A DNA stretch of 64,000 bases. It comes from a bacterium (GTDB lineage Bacteria; SAR324; JACQKK01). Every line of letters starts with the position of its first letter. The stretch's first letter is position 1. The position numbers were made by a program, and so were the translations under genes. Location: contig OZ251219.1 in the NCBI GenBank assembly GCA_965240465.1, positions 566,681 through 630,680 of the forward strand. The letters run 5' to 3'. This document shows positions 43,043 through 51,526 of this stretch, piece after piece. The notes beneath the pieces were generated by a model. The model did no database searches, was not told the origin of the DNA, and saw nothing but the letters and a program-made list of their open reading frames with translations.

Positions 43043-43708
43043 TTAGGTTAGTTGGTCTAATCCCATTTGCCAGAAAGCTTGCTCCATGATGGTGGAGGTT
43101 TCAAATTGTTCTGCCAGCTGAGCGAATCTAGGATCCTGGGGACTAGTGACTCCTTTTTGTTCAGCGATGACTTGCATTCCTTGGGCGTGATGAGTACATA
43201 GCGATTGAAAATCATCGCTGGCGTACATTTCAATCCAGGATTGGTAGGGGTTAGAATTTTTGCTTTTTTCCAGCTGTTTGCCTATTTCGCCGTAGCCCAT
43301 TACGCATGGAGACATGGCGGCGTATAGGTTCAGTAGATCGCCGCGTTGTCCGCAATCAAGGGCAAAACGAGTGTAGGCAACATTGGAGGGATGTTCAGCT
43401 ACTTGCTGTGCTTCTTTTTCTGAAATGCCCCAATCCTTGCAGTATTGAACATGTAACTTGATCTCGGTGTTGATGATTACGTCCAGGGTGTGGGAAGCTC
43501 CACGCAGTTGATCCAAGGTATCAGCCTTGAAAGCAGCCAAAGCCCAAGCCCGCCCAAAATTGAGCAGAAAGAGATAATCTTGTTTGAGATAAAATTGGAA
43601 GGCTTGTTTGGGCAAAGTGCCTTGTTCCAGTTGTTGAACGAAGGGGTGTCGGATGTAGCCTTGCCAAGCATTTTGGGTAGTATTTTTTAAGTGTTCAAAT
43701 AGGTTCAT
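43043..43708 (-). CDS. tenA: TenA-family aminopyrimidine aminohydrolase (thiaminase II)
   Basis: HPFVQQLEQGTLPKQAFQFYLKQDYLFL is typical of the TenA N-terminus; 221 aa. Confidence 0.7.
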   Translation of the reverse strand: MNLFEHLKNTTQNAWQGYIRHPFVQQLEQGTLPKQAFQFYLKQDYLFLLNFGRAWALAAFKADTLDQLRGASHTLDVIINTEIKLHVQYCKDWGISEKEAQQVAEHPSNVAYTRFALDCGQRGDLLNLYAAMSPCVMGYGEIGKQLEKSKNSNPYQSWIEMYASDDFQSLCTHHAQGMQVIAEQKGVTSPQDPRFAQLAEQFETSTIMEQAFWQMGLDQLT

Positions 43709-43737
43709 ATTCTTAGGTATAAGATAAGATTAAGCAT

Positions 43738-44857
43738 CTAAATATCAGATAACAAAGCTTGTTGGATGAAGCTATTTAAACTTCCGTTGAGTACTTTTTC
43801 GGCATTGCCGGTTTCATAAAGAGTACGGTGATCTTTCACCATTTGATAGGGGTGCAGCACATAGCTTCTGATCTGACTGCCCCAGGCAATTCTTTGTTTG
43901 CTAGCGTCTTGTTTTTTTCTTTCTTGTTCCAGACGCTGTTGTTGGGCTTCATAAAGGCGAATGTTTAAGACCTTGAGGGCTCGGAGCCGATTTTTGTGTT
44001 GTGAACGATCGTTTTGACACTGAACTACAATTCCGCTGGGTAAATGGGTGATACGCACCGCAGAATCGGTAGTGTTGACATGCTGACCCCCAGCTCCTTG
44101 GGCTCGGAAAGTATCTATTTTCAAGTCTGCCTCGTTCATCTTGATCTCTATCTTACGCTCTACATCAGGATATGCAAACACAGACGCAAACGAAGTGTGG
44201 CGACGCTTACTAGCATCAAATGGAGAAATACGCACTAGACGATGTACTCCAGTTTCTCCTCTCAGATAACCATAAGCATATTCTCCATTGACCTGTAAAG
44301 TAGCCGATTTAACCCCTGCCTCCTCTCCTGCTTGAACATCCAGGAGCTCGCAAGTAAAGAGATTATTCTCCACCCAGCGTTGATACATACGCAACAACAT
44401 ATTAGCCCAATCAGCAGCCTCAGCACCACCAGCCCCCGCATGCAAAACCAACAATGCATTGTTGACATCATACCGACCATTGAGCAAAATCCTTATTTCT
44501 AAAGCCTCAATTTGGGTTTCCAAGCTCTTCTTAAGCAAGGGCAATTCTCCTAAGAGCTCACCGCTTTCTTGACTAAGGGCAATTCCGCTTTCTAAATCGC
44601 CCAACCCCTGCTGTAATTTATGCCAATCACCACTCCTTGATTTACCAGCCCGTAATTCCTTCAGTATGTCTTTACGCTGATCGGCAGTCTGTTGCCAAAA
44701 ATCATTGGCACTCGCTTGTTGCTCTAGTTCTTGCAGTCTGCAGGCGAGCTTTAAAGGGTCAAAGATGCCTTTCCAGCAACTGAGCTCGCTGCTTCAATCC
44801 TTGCCAGTATCCTTGGTACTCAACCAAATGTTCCAAATCAGCAACTGCTTTTTTCAT
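43738..44857 (-). CDS. prfB: Peptide chain release factor 2, expressed through a programmed +1 frameshift
   Basis: Frame 0 runs from ATG 44857 and gives MKKAVADLEHLVEYQGYWQGLKQRAQLLERHL, ending at CTT TGA C (44764-44758). The +1 frame continues DPLKLACRLQELEQQASANDFWQQ.. into the track ORF. SPF (RISPFD) and GGQ (GAGGQHVN) motifs are present. The segment lengths are 96 nt and 1023 nt, both in frame. Confidence 0.9.
44758..44773 (-). other. RF2 programmed +1 frameshift site with an upstream SD-like AGG
   Basis: The minus strand reads GAA AGG CAT CTT TGA C, matching the classical AGG-N3-CTT TGA C arrangement. Confidence 0.85.
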
Positions 44858-44929
44858 TGGTACTTGCTCCTATCTAGCCAGTGTCTACCACGTTTTCTCG
44901 GGTAATAAAAATTATTGCCAAACAGAAAC

Positions 44930-44958
44930 TTGACCTTTTTAGCTTAATCCATTATATT
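44930..44958 (+). promoter_or_regulatory. Sigma70-like promoter in front of the lysis cassette
   Basis: TTGACC (44930-44935), a 17-nt spacer, then TATATT (44953-44958), ~60 nt upstream of ATG 45021. Confidence 0.45.
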
Positions 44959-45020
44959 AAATATACCGCACACTAAATTTTTATTTAATAGGGCTTTCTT
45001 AACCATAAATTAAGTAGACC

Positions 45021-45530
45021 ATGTGCCAATTATCTAATAATTTTAACCTCCATGAATTCACCCTTTCTCAAACTGCCTCCCGATTAGAAATAGCAGTCAA
45101 TGTCCCCCCCGAAAGTGCCATTTTCCAAGCCTTACAAAAATTATGCACTCAAGTCCTGCAACCCCTCAGGGATTCCCTAGGACGAGTTATTCATATAACC
45201 TCGGGGTATCGTCCCCCAGCCCTGAATCGCCATATTGGTGGATCCAAACGGTCTCAACACATGCGAGGAGAAGCCGCTGATATTGTGGTCGGTGGCATGA
45301 ACCCCTTGGAAGTATGTCAGGCGATCGTGCGTTTGAACCTTCCCTTTGATCAGCTAATTCACGAATTTGGACGCTGGACTCATGTCTCGGTGGCCCCAGA
45401 ACATCGCTCCGAACGCGGTCAAACTCTTACTGCTTGGAAAAATCCTTCCTTGAAGAAAACTGAGTACTTACAGGGCTTGAGCTCTATCTCGGAGATAGAA
45501 AATGCTCACATAGCTGGTAGAGCCAGCTAA
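45021..45530 (+). CDS. Peptidase M15-family zinc D-Ala-D-Ala carboxypeptidase-like cell-wall hydrolase (phage endolysin type), no signal peptide
   Basis: ITSGYRPPALNRHIGGSKRSQHMRGEAADI and a later WTHVS (the H/D/H zinc ligand pattern of Peptidase_M15_3). Confidence 0.7.
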   Translation: MCQLSNNFNLHEFTLSQTASRLEIAVNVPPESAIFQALQKLCTQVLQPLRDSLGRVIHITSGYRPPALNRHIGGSKRSQHMRGEAADIVVGGMNPLEVCQAIVRLNLPFDQLIHEFGRWTHVSVAPEHRSERGQTLTAWKNPSLKKTEYLQGLSSISEIENAHIAGRAS

Positions 45531-45557
45531 TTATTTTTCATTTTTCAGGAAAACACC

Positions 45558-45959
45558 ATGCTCGGTAAATTAACTAAATCACTTGGTCCGATAACCAAAT
45601 TGGTGGATGAAATTCATCTTTCTGGAGAGGAGAAATTAAAGTTTCGCCAAGCCATGTTTGAAGCTGGTTCTGAACTAGCTCAAGAAACATTAGCTTATGA
45701 AAAGGCTTCCTTGGAGGCTCATTCTAAAATGTTGCTGGCTGAAAGTACCGGGCAAAGCTGGTTGCAACGCAATTGGCGTCCGATAACCATGCTGGTTTTT
45801 TTGGTATTAGTCATTTGCGATGCCTTTGATATTTTGCCCTTTCGGCTGGCAGATCAAGCTTGGACGCTCTTACAGGTAGGATTAGGAGGCTATGTAGTTG
45901 GTCGCAGTGCTGAAAAAATGATTCCCAGCCTAGCCCGATTAATACCCCCAAGGAAATAA
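45558..45959 (+). CDS. Holin candidate (resembles the family named Holin of 3TMs, for gene-transfer release)
   Basis: 133 aa. An N-terminal amphipathic/coiled region, then ..LAESTGQSWLQRNWRPITMLVFLVLVICDAF and a second TM (LLQVGLGGYVVG). It lies directly after the M15 hydrolase. Confidence 0.5.
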   Translation: MLGKLTKSLGPITKLVDEIHLSGEEKLKFRQAMFEAGSELAQETLAYEKASLEAHSKMLLAESTGQSWLQRNWRPITMLVFLVLVICDAFDILPFRLADQAWTLLQVGLGGYVVGRSAEKMIPSLARLIPPRK

Positions 45960-45963
45960 TCAA

Positions 45964-46260
45964 ATGGATGGTTTAACTTTTTGGAGGGCTCTAGCTACTT
46001 TTTCCGCCTTGGTTTCGCTGTGGGGAGGATTGTTATTTTGGGCGGTTCGCTCCATGCTGGACAGCCGATTTAGAAGCCTTGACAGCAGGGAAAGCCGCTT
46101 AGAACAAAATATGCTACGGGTGGAGAAATCGCTTTTGCACCTAAGAGCCGAGCTACCACTGGAGTACGTGCTTAAAGAAGATGCCATCCGCCAAGAAGTG
46201 ATCTTTCAAAGGAGATTGGATACCTTATCCTCCAAGCTAGACCAGCTCCGAAGCGTTTAA
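45964..46260 (+). CDS. Small membrane-anchored coiled-coil protein (lysis accessory / spanin-like candidate)
   Basis: 98 aa. N-terminal TM (FWRALATFSALVSLWGGLLFWAV), then a heptad-like region. It starts 4 nt after the holin candidate. Confidence 0.35.
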   Translation: MDGLTFWRALATFSALVSLWGGLLFWAVRSMLDSRFRSLDSRESRLEQNMLRVEKSLLHLRAELPLEYVLKEDAIRQEVIFQRRLDTLSSKLDQLRSV

Positions 46261-47156
46261 CGCCAATCAAGTCGTTCCCGAGTTTTAGATTTGGCATTGG
46301 GGGAGTTAGATTTATCGGGATGCTGGGGAGTATCTGGTGACTGGGGGAGTGGTTTTTCTGGGGGGGTTGGTGAGGTTGGGGGGTTTGAGGGGTTTGAGGG
46401 GGTTTTTAATCTTTCCATCAGAGTACGTTTTAGGGAGGGTAATTTTTTTTCTAGCGATTTAACTTGTTCTAGGGCTAGACGGGTTTGGGGTGCTTGGTAG
46501 GGGGAGTGTTGTAGATTTTGGAGGGCTTCCCAGCTGGCACGCAGTACTGCTATGCCTTCGTGAAGATTTTGATCGGGGACTGGAGCTTCTAAATGCAAGG
46601 GGGAGCGATATTGATGGAGGGCTTTTAGCACTTGTCGGTAGCTAGCCCGAGGGGTATCGCCGCAGGCAGATTCCCAGATTTGCTGACGTGCTTCGGGGTT
46701 GCGTACATAAGCGAGTTTGAGGGCATTGCTCCAACCGTAACGCCGCAGTTCGGCTTCTCCAGTCAGACGATTTTGGGGATTTAGCAGCTGATAGCTTTCG
46801 GCTACGATGCATAATTCGCTTATTCGGCGGAAATCCCAATCTACATGTTTAGCTAGCCAATCACGCTGATCCTTGGGATTGGGGAGGTTGGCCTTAACCG
46901 TTAGCACGATCCGCAACATGGAAGGAGCTAGGACGATAACAGCCTGATCTATTTTTTCTCTTCCTTGGTTAACATAGGAGACTTCATCCATCAGTTCCGA
47001 GGATTCCTCCCAGTTGAACAATATTTCCTTTGGAGACAGTTGCAGGTTTTTATTCCAGATTTGCAGTGAGGAAGCTGAGTCTGGACGACCTCCAGCCAGC
47101 GAGTTTTGTTCTGGTGGTCTAAGAGCAGATTGGGCGGGTAGTATGCGTCGGGCCAT
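46257..47156 (-). CDS. Hypothetical 299-aa protein downstream of the parA-like gene, with a Pro/Ser-rich C-terminus
   Basis: No domain that I can name with confidence. The segment DWLAKHVDWDFRRISELCIVAESYQLL weakly recalls plasmid/phage DUF3102-type proteins, from memory only. Confidence 0.5.
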   Translation of the reverse strand: MARRILPAQSALRPPEQNSLAGGRPDSASSLQIWNKNLQLSPKEILFNWEESSELMDEVSYVNQGREKIDQAVIVLAPSMLRIVLTVKANLPNPKDQRDWLAKHVDWDFRRISELCIVAESYQLLNPQNRLTGEAELRRYGWSNALKLAYVRNPEARQQIWESACGDTPRASYRQVLKALHQYRSPLHLEAPVPDQNLHEGIAVLRASWEALQNLQHSPYQAPQTRLALEQVKSLEKKLPSLKRTLMERLKTPSNPSNPPTSPTPPEKPLPQSPDTPQHPDKSNSPNAKSKTRERLDWR

Positions 47157-47252
47157 GTGAGAATTCCTAGTAGTAGTTTTAGACGGTATTGTATTTAAGC
47201 AGCGTTGTTTTTAGACAGGGTTGTTTTTAGCAGGGCAGGTTGTGAAAAATTA

Positions 47253-47282
47253 AGGAGGATTAAGAAGAGGAGGATTAAGAAG
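47253..47282. repeat. 15-bp tandem duplication spanning the parA-like stop codon
   Basis: aggaggattaagaag x2 (47253-47267 and 47268-47282). Each copy contains the TAA on the minus strand. Confidence 0.85.
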
Positions 47283-48057
47283 CTTTCGGCTGCCATTTTT
47301 CCAGCATGCGTAGGTGGATTTCCTTAACCAGCTGAGTATAGCAAGTGCGAGCTCGGTTATCTTGGGCTTCCAGGGGAGTGAGGTGGTTCTGAGCCGCGCT
47401 AGCGATGGCAGTAGCCAGGGGGATGGTGGCAGAGAACAATAGCTGAGGAAAGTTTTTTTGTAAGGTTTCCTTGTTGAGACGATTTTGGGTAACTCCCTCC
47501 CGATGCAAGGTAATGGCGATCCCCAATAACCGACAGGAAACTTTGCGCGAGCGTTGAAAGAACTCCAGATAGTTAAGCAGATTGCCGATTCCCGTTAGGG
47601 ATAAATAATCGGTATGGGTGGGAATAATGATGAAATCAGCTAGCATGAGTACATTATCATTGATTAGCGATAAAGTAGGTGGCAAATCCCAGATGACCAA
47701 GCTATGGGGATCCAGTTCGGGGAGAATGCGGTCTCTGAGGCAAGTTTCTGGAGACTCCAGCTGGTGCATTTGTTTTTCTGCTTCATAGAGATGTAGGCGT
47801 CCTGATTCTATCACATAGAAAGGGGCAGAAGGGCGATATTGTACTAAGTCCAGGGTGTCTGAGGCACCATAGAGGAATCCTCCGAGGGTGTTGGGAGTTT
47901 GTAGGTTCAGGGAAATGGCGACATTGCCTTGGTTATCGGCATCTATAAGAACCACCTCCCGCTGAGGATTGGCTAGGGCATATTGATGCGAGAGGGCAAT
48001 AGCCAGAGTAGTTTTTCCGGAGCCTCCCTTGGCGGAAAGTACTGCGATATGGATCAT
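47275..48057 (-). CDS. ParA/MinD-family P-loop ATPase
   Basis: Deviant Walker A VLSAKGGSGKTTLAIAL; 260 aa. No parB homologue is adjacent. Confidence 0.8.
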   Translation of the reverse strand: MIHIAVLSAKGGSGKTTLAIALSHQYALANPQREVVLIDADNQGNVAISLNLQTPNTLGGFLYGASDTLDLVQYRPSAPFYVIESGRLHLYEAEKQMHQLESPETCLRDRILPELDPHSLVIWDLPPTLSLINDNVLMLADFIIIPTHTDYLSLTGIGNLLNYLEFFQRSRKVSCRLLGIAITLHREGVTQNRLNKETLQKNFPQLLFSATIPLATAIASAAQNHLTPLEAQDNRARTCYTQLVKEIHLRMLEKWQPKAS

Positions 48058-48128
48058 CTTAATTTCAGCAAGATTTTTAATTTGGAACTAATAAGGCTAA
48101 TAAAATTTAGTTGAGCTACATGTTTATC

Positions 48129-48184
48129 GGTGAGTAATGCCTACTTTTGAGTGCTATTGCGAGTGTTATTGCGGGTGTGATCGG
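48129..48184. repeat. 12-bp iteron-like direct repeats between the parA-like start and the tRNA-Gly 3' end
   Basis: GGTGAGTAATGC / GAGTGCTATTGC / GAGTGTTATTGC / GGGTGTGATCGG in 12-nt register. Confidence 0.45.
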
Positions 48185-48199
48185 CGTGGTGCTAGCTAA

Positions 48200-48272
48200 A
48201 GCGGAAGACGGGGTTCGAACCCGCGACCCTCAGCTTGGGAAGCTGATGCTCTACCAACTGAGCTACTCCCGC
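48200..48272 (-). tRNA. tRNA-Gly (anticodon CCC)
   Basis: The reverse complement is GCGGGAGTAGCTCAGTTGGTAGAGCATCAGCTTCCCAAGCTGAGGGTCGCGGGTTCGAACCCCGTCTTCCGCT. It folds as a cloverleaf with anticodon stem TCAGC/GCTGA, loop TTCCCAA and T-loop GGTTCGAACC. No CCA is encoded. Confidence 0.9.
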
Positions 48273-48324
48273 GAGACTTCCACATTGTAGCATTTCTCTT
48301 TCTTAAAGAACCGCAGAAATTTTG

Positions 48325-50139
48325 TTAGCTGACCGTCACCGACTTGGCAAGATTACGAGGTTTATCTATAGAACGCCCCAGTTTAAGGGCAGTGAAATAT
48401 GCCAGCAATTGTCCCATAATCATTTGCAACAAGGGGGAAAGCAGGGGGTTAACCGAGGGCAACGACATCCCATGGTGCAATAATTTGGCAGCTGAGGAAT
48501 CTTCTTGATGATAAAAGCCCAAGCATTGTCCTTTCCTCGCCCGCACCTCTTCTAAGGCAGAAAGAGAGGAGTCATAGTGATCTTCCTTCGGGGATGGCAA
48601 CAGAAAAACATTGAGCATGTTTTTATCCACCATGGCTAGGGCTCCGTGCTTGAGAAAACCAGCTGGCATGCCCTCTATGTGAAGATAAGTTATCTCCTTT
48701 AATTTGAGGGCAGTTTCCAAAGCAGCTGGATAGTGCAGGGATCGCCCCAACAAAAGCCAATTAGGATAATCCACACTTTTATTGGCTAGCTCACGGAGTA
48801 CCCCAGAGCGTTCATTGAGGGTGCGTCCCACCAATTCAGGAAAAACTTCCATGTCTTTGAGAAGTTGCTGATAGTCTTTTTTACGGAGCTCATCAGTCTG
48901 TAGACCCACTTCAGCTGCCAGCCTTAGCAGAATGAATGTTTGGGCTAAAGCAGCCTTAGTGGATACCACGCAAATCTCCGGTCCCGAACCCTGTAAGACG
49001 GTCATATCTGCATCCAGACTGAGAGAAGAACCAATCATATTGACGATGGCTGCGGTAAAAGCTCCCTTCTTTTTGGCAGTCAAGATGGCTTGTCGGGTAT
49101 CATGGGTTTCTCCCGATTGGGAAATTCCTAGCACTAGATCCCCAGATTTGGGGATGATCAGGTGATTGAATTCATCAGAGTTAACGGCTGGGGTAAACAA
49201 TCCGCTTAAACGAGCAAATAAGTACTGACCAAGCATGGCTACATAATGAGTGGTGCCTACTCCCACCAGAAAAATGCGTTTAGCTTTTAGCAATTGTTTA
49301 GTGAGCTGCTGGATCTCATCGGGTGCGGCTACCAGAGCATTTTGTAGAGTCTCTGGTTGCTCAAAAATTTCCTTTAGCATGTAGTGAGCATGATCACCCT
49401 TGCGAGTAGTTTCCACCTCCCATTGAATTTGAAAGGGAGTTCTTTGGACAGGAGAACGATCTTTCAAACGATGGAGCTGTATTTGCTGAGGGGTAAGTAT
49501 GGCATATTCGCCATCTTCCATCACCAAGGCGGTACGGGTGATAGGAAGCAGGGCATGAATGTCCGAGGCCACACAATTGCTGTTTTTGCCTAGTCCCAGT
49601 ACCAAGGGAGCTCCCTTACGAACACAGAACAAGGTTTGTGGCTGCTGGAGGTTGATAAAGCAAAAGGAGAAATTTCCCTGCAAGGCTTGGCAAGTTTTCA
49701 GTAAAGCCTCCGATGTCTTGTTCGGCTGATGATTAACCGCCAGTAAATTAACTATCACCTCAGTATCGGTTTCAGAACTGAATGTAACTCCTTGCTGTTC
49801 CAGCTGAGAACGGAGCTCATTGTAATTGTGAATAATGCCATTATGCACCAAAGCAAAATTACCATCATGAGAAAGATGAGGATGAGCATTAGCCTGAGAT
49901 ACTCCACCATGAGTAGCCCAGCGGGTGTGAGCAATTCCCAGATAGCCCCGCATTAGGTCCAGTCTTTCGCTCTCAATTACGCTGGTTACGTCACCAGCTT
50001 GCTTGCGAACTTCTATTTTACCTTCGTGCAGGGTAGCTATCCCGCAGGAGTCATAACCGCGATATTCCAAATGACGTAGTGATTCCAGCAACACCGCGTT
50101 CATTTCAGTTTCAGCAGTGATTCCTACAATGCCGCACAT
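48325..50139 (-). CDS. glmS: Glutamine--fructose-6-phosphate aminotransferase
   Basis: MCGIVGI (N-terminal nucleophile Cys), two SIS domains and the C-terminus ..NLAKSVTVS. Confidence 0.95.
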   Translation of the reverse strand: MCGIVGITAETEMNAVLLESLRHLEYRGYDSCGIATLHEGKIEVRKQAGDVTSVIESERLDLMRGYLGIAHTRWATHGGVSQANAHPHLSHDGNFALVHNGIIHNYNELRSQLEQQGVTFSSETDTEVIVNLLAVNHQPNKTSEALLKTCQALQGNFSFCFINLQQPQTLFCVRKGAPLVLGLGKNSNCVASDIHALLPITRTALVMEDGEYAILTPQQIQLHRLKDRSPVQRTPFQIQWEVETTRKGDHAHYMLKEIFEQPETLQNALVAAPDEIQQLTKQLLKAKRIFLVGVGTTHYVAMLGQYLFARLSGLFTPAVNSDEFNHLIIPKSGDLVLGISQSGETHDTRQAILTAKKKGAFTAAIVNMIGSSLSLDADMTVLQGSGPEICVVSTKAALAQTFILLRLAAEVGLQTDELRKKDYQQLLKDMEVFPELVGRTLNERSGVLRELANKSVDYPNWLLLGRSLHYPAALETALKLKEITYLHIEGMPAGFLKHGALAMVDKNMLNVFLLPSPKEDHYDSSLSALEEVRARKGQCLGFYHQEDSSAAKLLHHGMSLPSVNPLLSPLLQMIMGQLLAYFTALKLGRSIDKPRNLAKSVTVS

Positions 50140-50147
50140 GTTGCTAT

Positions 50148-51380
50148 CTATTTACTACTTCGTACTAAGGATGAAAGGGTTAATAGGTCTTTGATCTGGC
50201 TACCACTAGCCACCACGGTACCCGGAGCCAGCACATGACGTGCTCCTAGCCAGACATCATCTCCGATGAAAGCTCCCAGCTTTTGCTGACCGCTATCAAG
50301 GGAATCGGTCTCAGTGGTGACAGTAATAGTACCTCCCGCAGAAGTGTTGTTCACGGTAGTCACCCCAGTGCCGATGTGAGTGCGTTCCCCGATCACGCTT
50401 TCGGCAATGAAGGATAATCGCCCTACCTCAACCTGAGGTAGCAGAACGCAATTTTTCAATTCGCTACCATAGCCCACCGAACACTTTTCATGGATGGAAG
50501 TGTACTCTCGGATCAGGGTATTATTGCCGATAAAGCAGCCTGCTCCAATCCAGCAAGGACCGCATAAAACGCTACCTGGGCGAATATGAGCTCCGTCTTC
50601 AATATGTACTGCTCCTTCAATACGCACTTCTCCTTCCAGACGAACATTTTTACTGATTACCGCGTGGTTCCAATCGCTCATTAGCATGCGGTTGGCTTCT
50701 AAAATATGCCAAGGACGACGCAGTTCAACCCATTCTCCCTCCCACCTGACACCATGCAGACGACCCTGAGAAACTAGCTCCTTCAGGCTTGAAGCCATGT
50801 CTCCTTGGTTTTTTTTAAGTATGGTAAAGAAATCTATTTCCAGCAGATAAAAGCCTGCCAGCACATGATTGGCTCTTTCTCGGTCTTGAGGTTTTTCCTC
50901 AAAACGCTGAATAAGCATATCGCTACCCATGTAGACGGTACCGAATTCACCAGACATGGGAGGCAATGCCAAGGCGGCTACCGAGCCTCCTGATTCTGCA
51001 TGTTGGTCTAGCATGGTAGGAAAGGGATTTCCGCTCGCCAACACGTCGCCATAGACAAGCAAAAAAGGCTCACCACCCAAGGATTTACCTCGCAAAGATT
51101 CCTCTGCCAGCTGCAAGGCAGTGCCAATGCCACTAGAAGTTTTTTGCTCCAGATATCTGAGCTGCATGCTGTGGCTGTTCCCATTTTTGAACTGATCATA
51201 AATGACCTGTTTTTGATGTCCCACCACCAAGTACACTTCAGTAACTCCTACCTCACGCAATTGGGACAGGGTTTTTTCCAGCAACGGACTCCCAACCACC
51301 GGCAACATGCATTTCGGGCGGGCGGCCCCAAAAGGAAATAAATGACCCCCAGCTTTGGCAGTTAAAATGACAGCTTTCAT
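50148..51380 (-). CDS. Sugar-phosphate nucleotidyltransferase + left-handed beta-helix acyltransferase (GlmU-like, two-domain)
   Basis: N-terminal NTP-transferase fold (MKAVILTAKAGGHLFPF..PKCMLPVVG) and C-terminal hexapeptide repeats. It is adjacent to glmS. The G-x-G-T-R-x signature is atypical (AGGHLF). Confidence 0.6.
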   Translation of the reverse strand: MKAVILTAKAGGHLFPFGAARPKCMLPVVGSPLLEKTLSQLREVGVTEVYLVVGHQKQVIYDQFKNGNSHSMQLRYLEQKTSSGIGTALQLAEESLRGKSLGGEPFLLVYGDVLASGNPFPTMLDQHAESGGSVAALALPPMSGEFGTVYMGSDMLIQRFEEKPQDRERANHVLAGFYLLEIDFFTILKKNQGDMASSLKELVSQGRLHGVRWEGEWVELRRPWHILEANRMLMSDWNHAVISKNVRLEGEVRIEGAVHIEDGAHIRPGSVLCGPCWIGAGCFIGNNTLIREYTSIHEKCSVGYGSELKNCVLLPQVEVGRLSFIAESVIGERTHIGTGVTTVNNTSAGGTITVTTETDSLDSGQQKLGAFIGDDVWLGARHVLAPGTVVASGSQIKDLLTLSSLVRSSK

Positions 51381-51454
51381 AGTTCACGCCCAGGTGACAA
51401 CATTAAGTGGATAAGTAAATAAGCCAAGCATTCCAGTCAATCGCAGCCGCTATC

Positions 51455-51512
51455 CACAGATGGAGCCATGGATGGAGCCACAGATGGAGCCATGGATGGA
51501 ACCATGGATAAA
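51455..51512. repeat. 12/24-bp intergenic tandem repeat (cacagatggagccatggatggagc)
   Basis: 24-nt period read directly (51455, 51479), with a partial third unit. Confidence 0.8.
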
Positions 51513-51526
51513 AAATAGTCTCATCA

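Noticed and set aside
44858-45020. A second att-like copy of the tRNA-Gly 3' end that would delimit an integrated element
   Set aside because: I could not find a convincing match to 48200-48225 by eye in this interval, so the island boundary remains an inference only.
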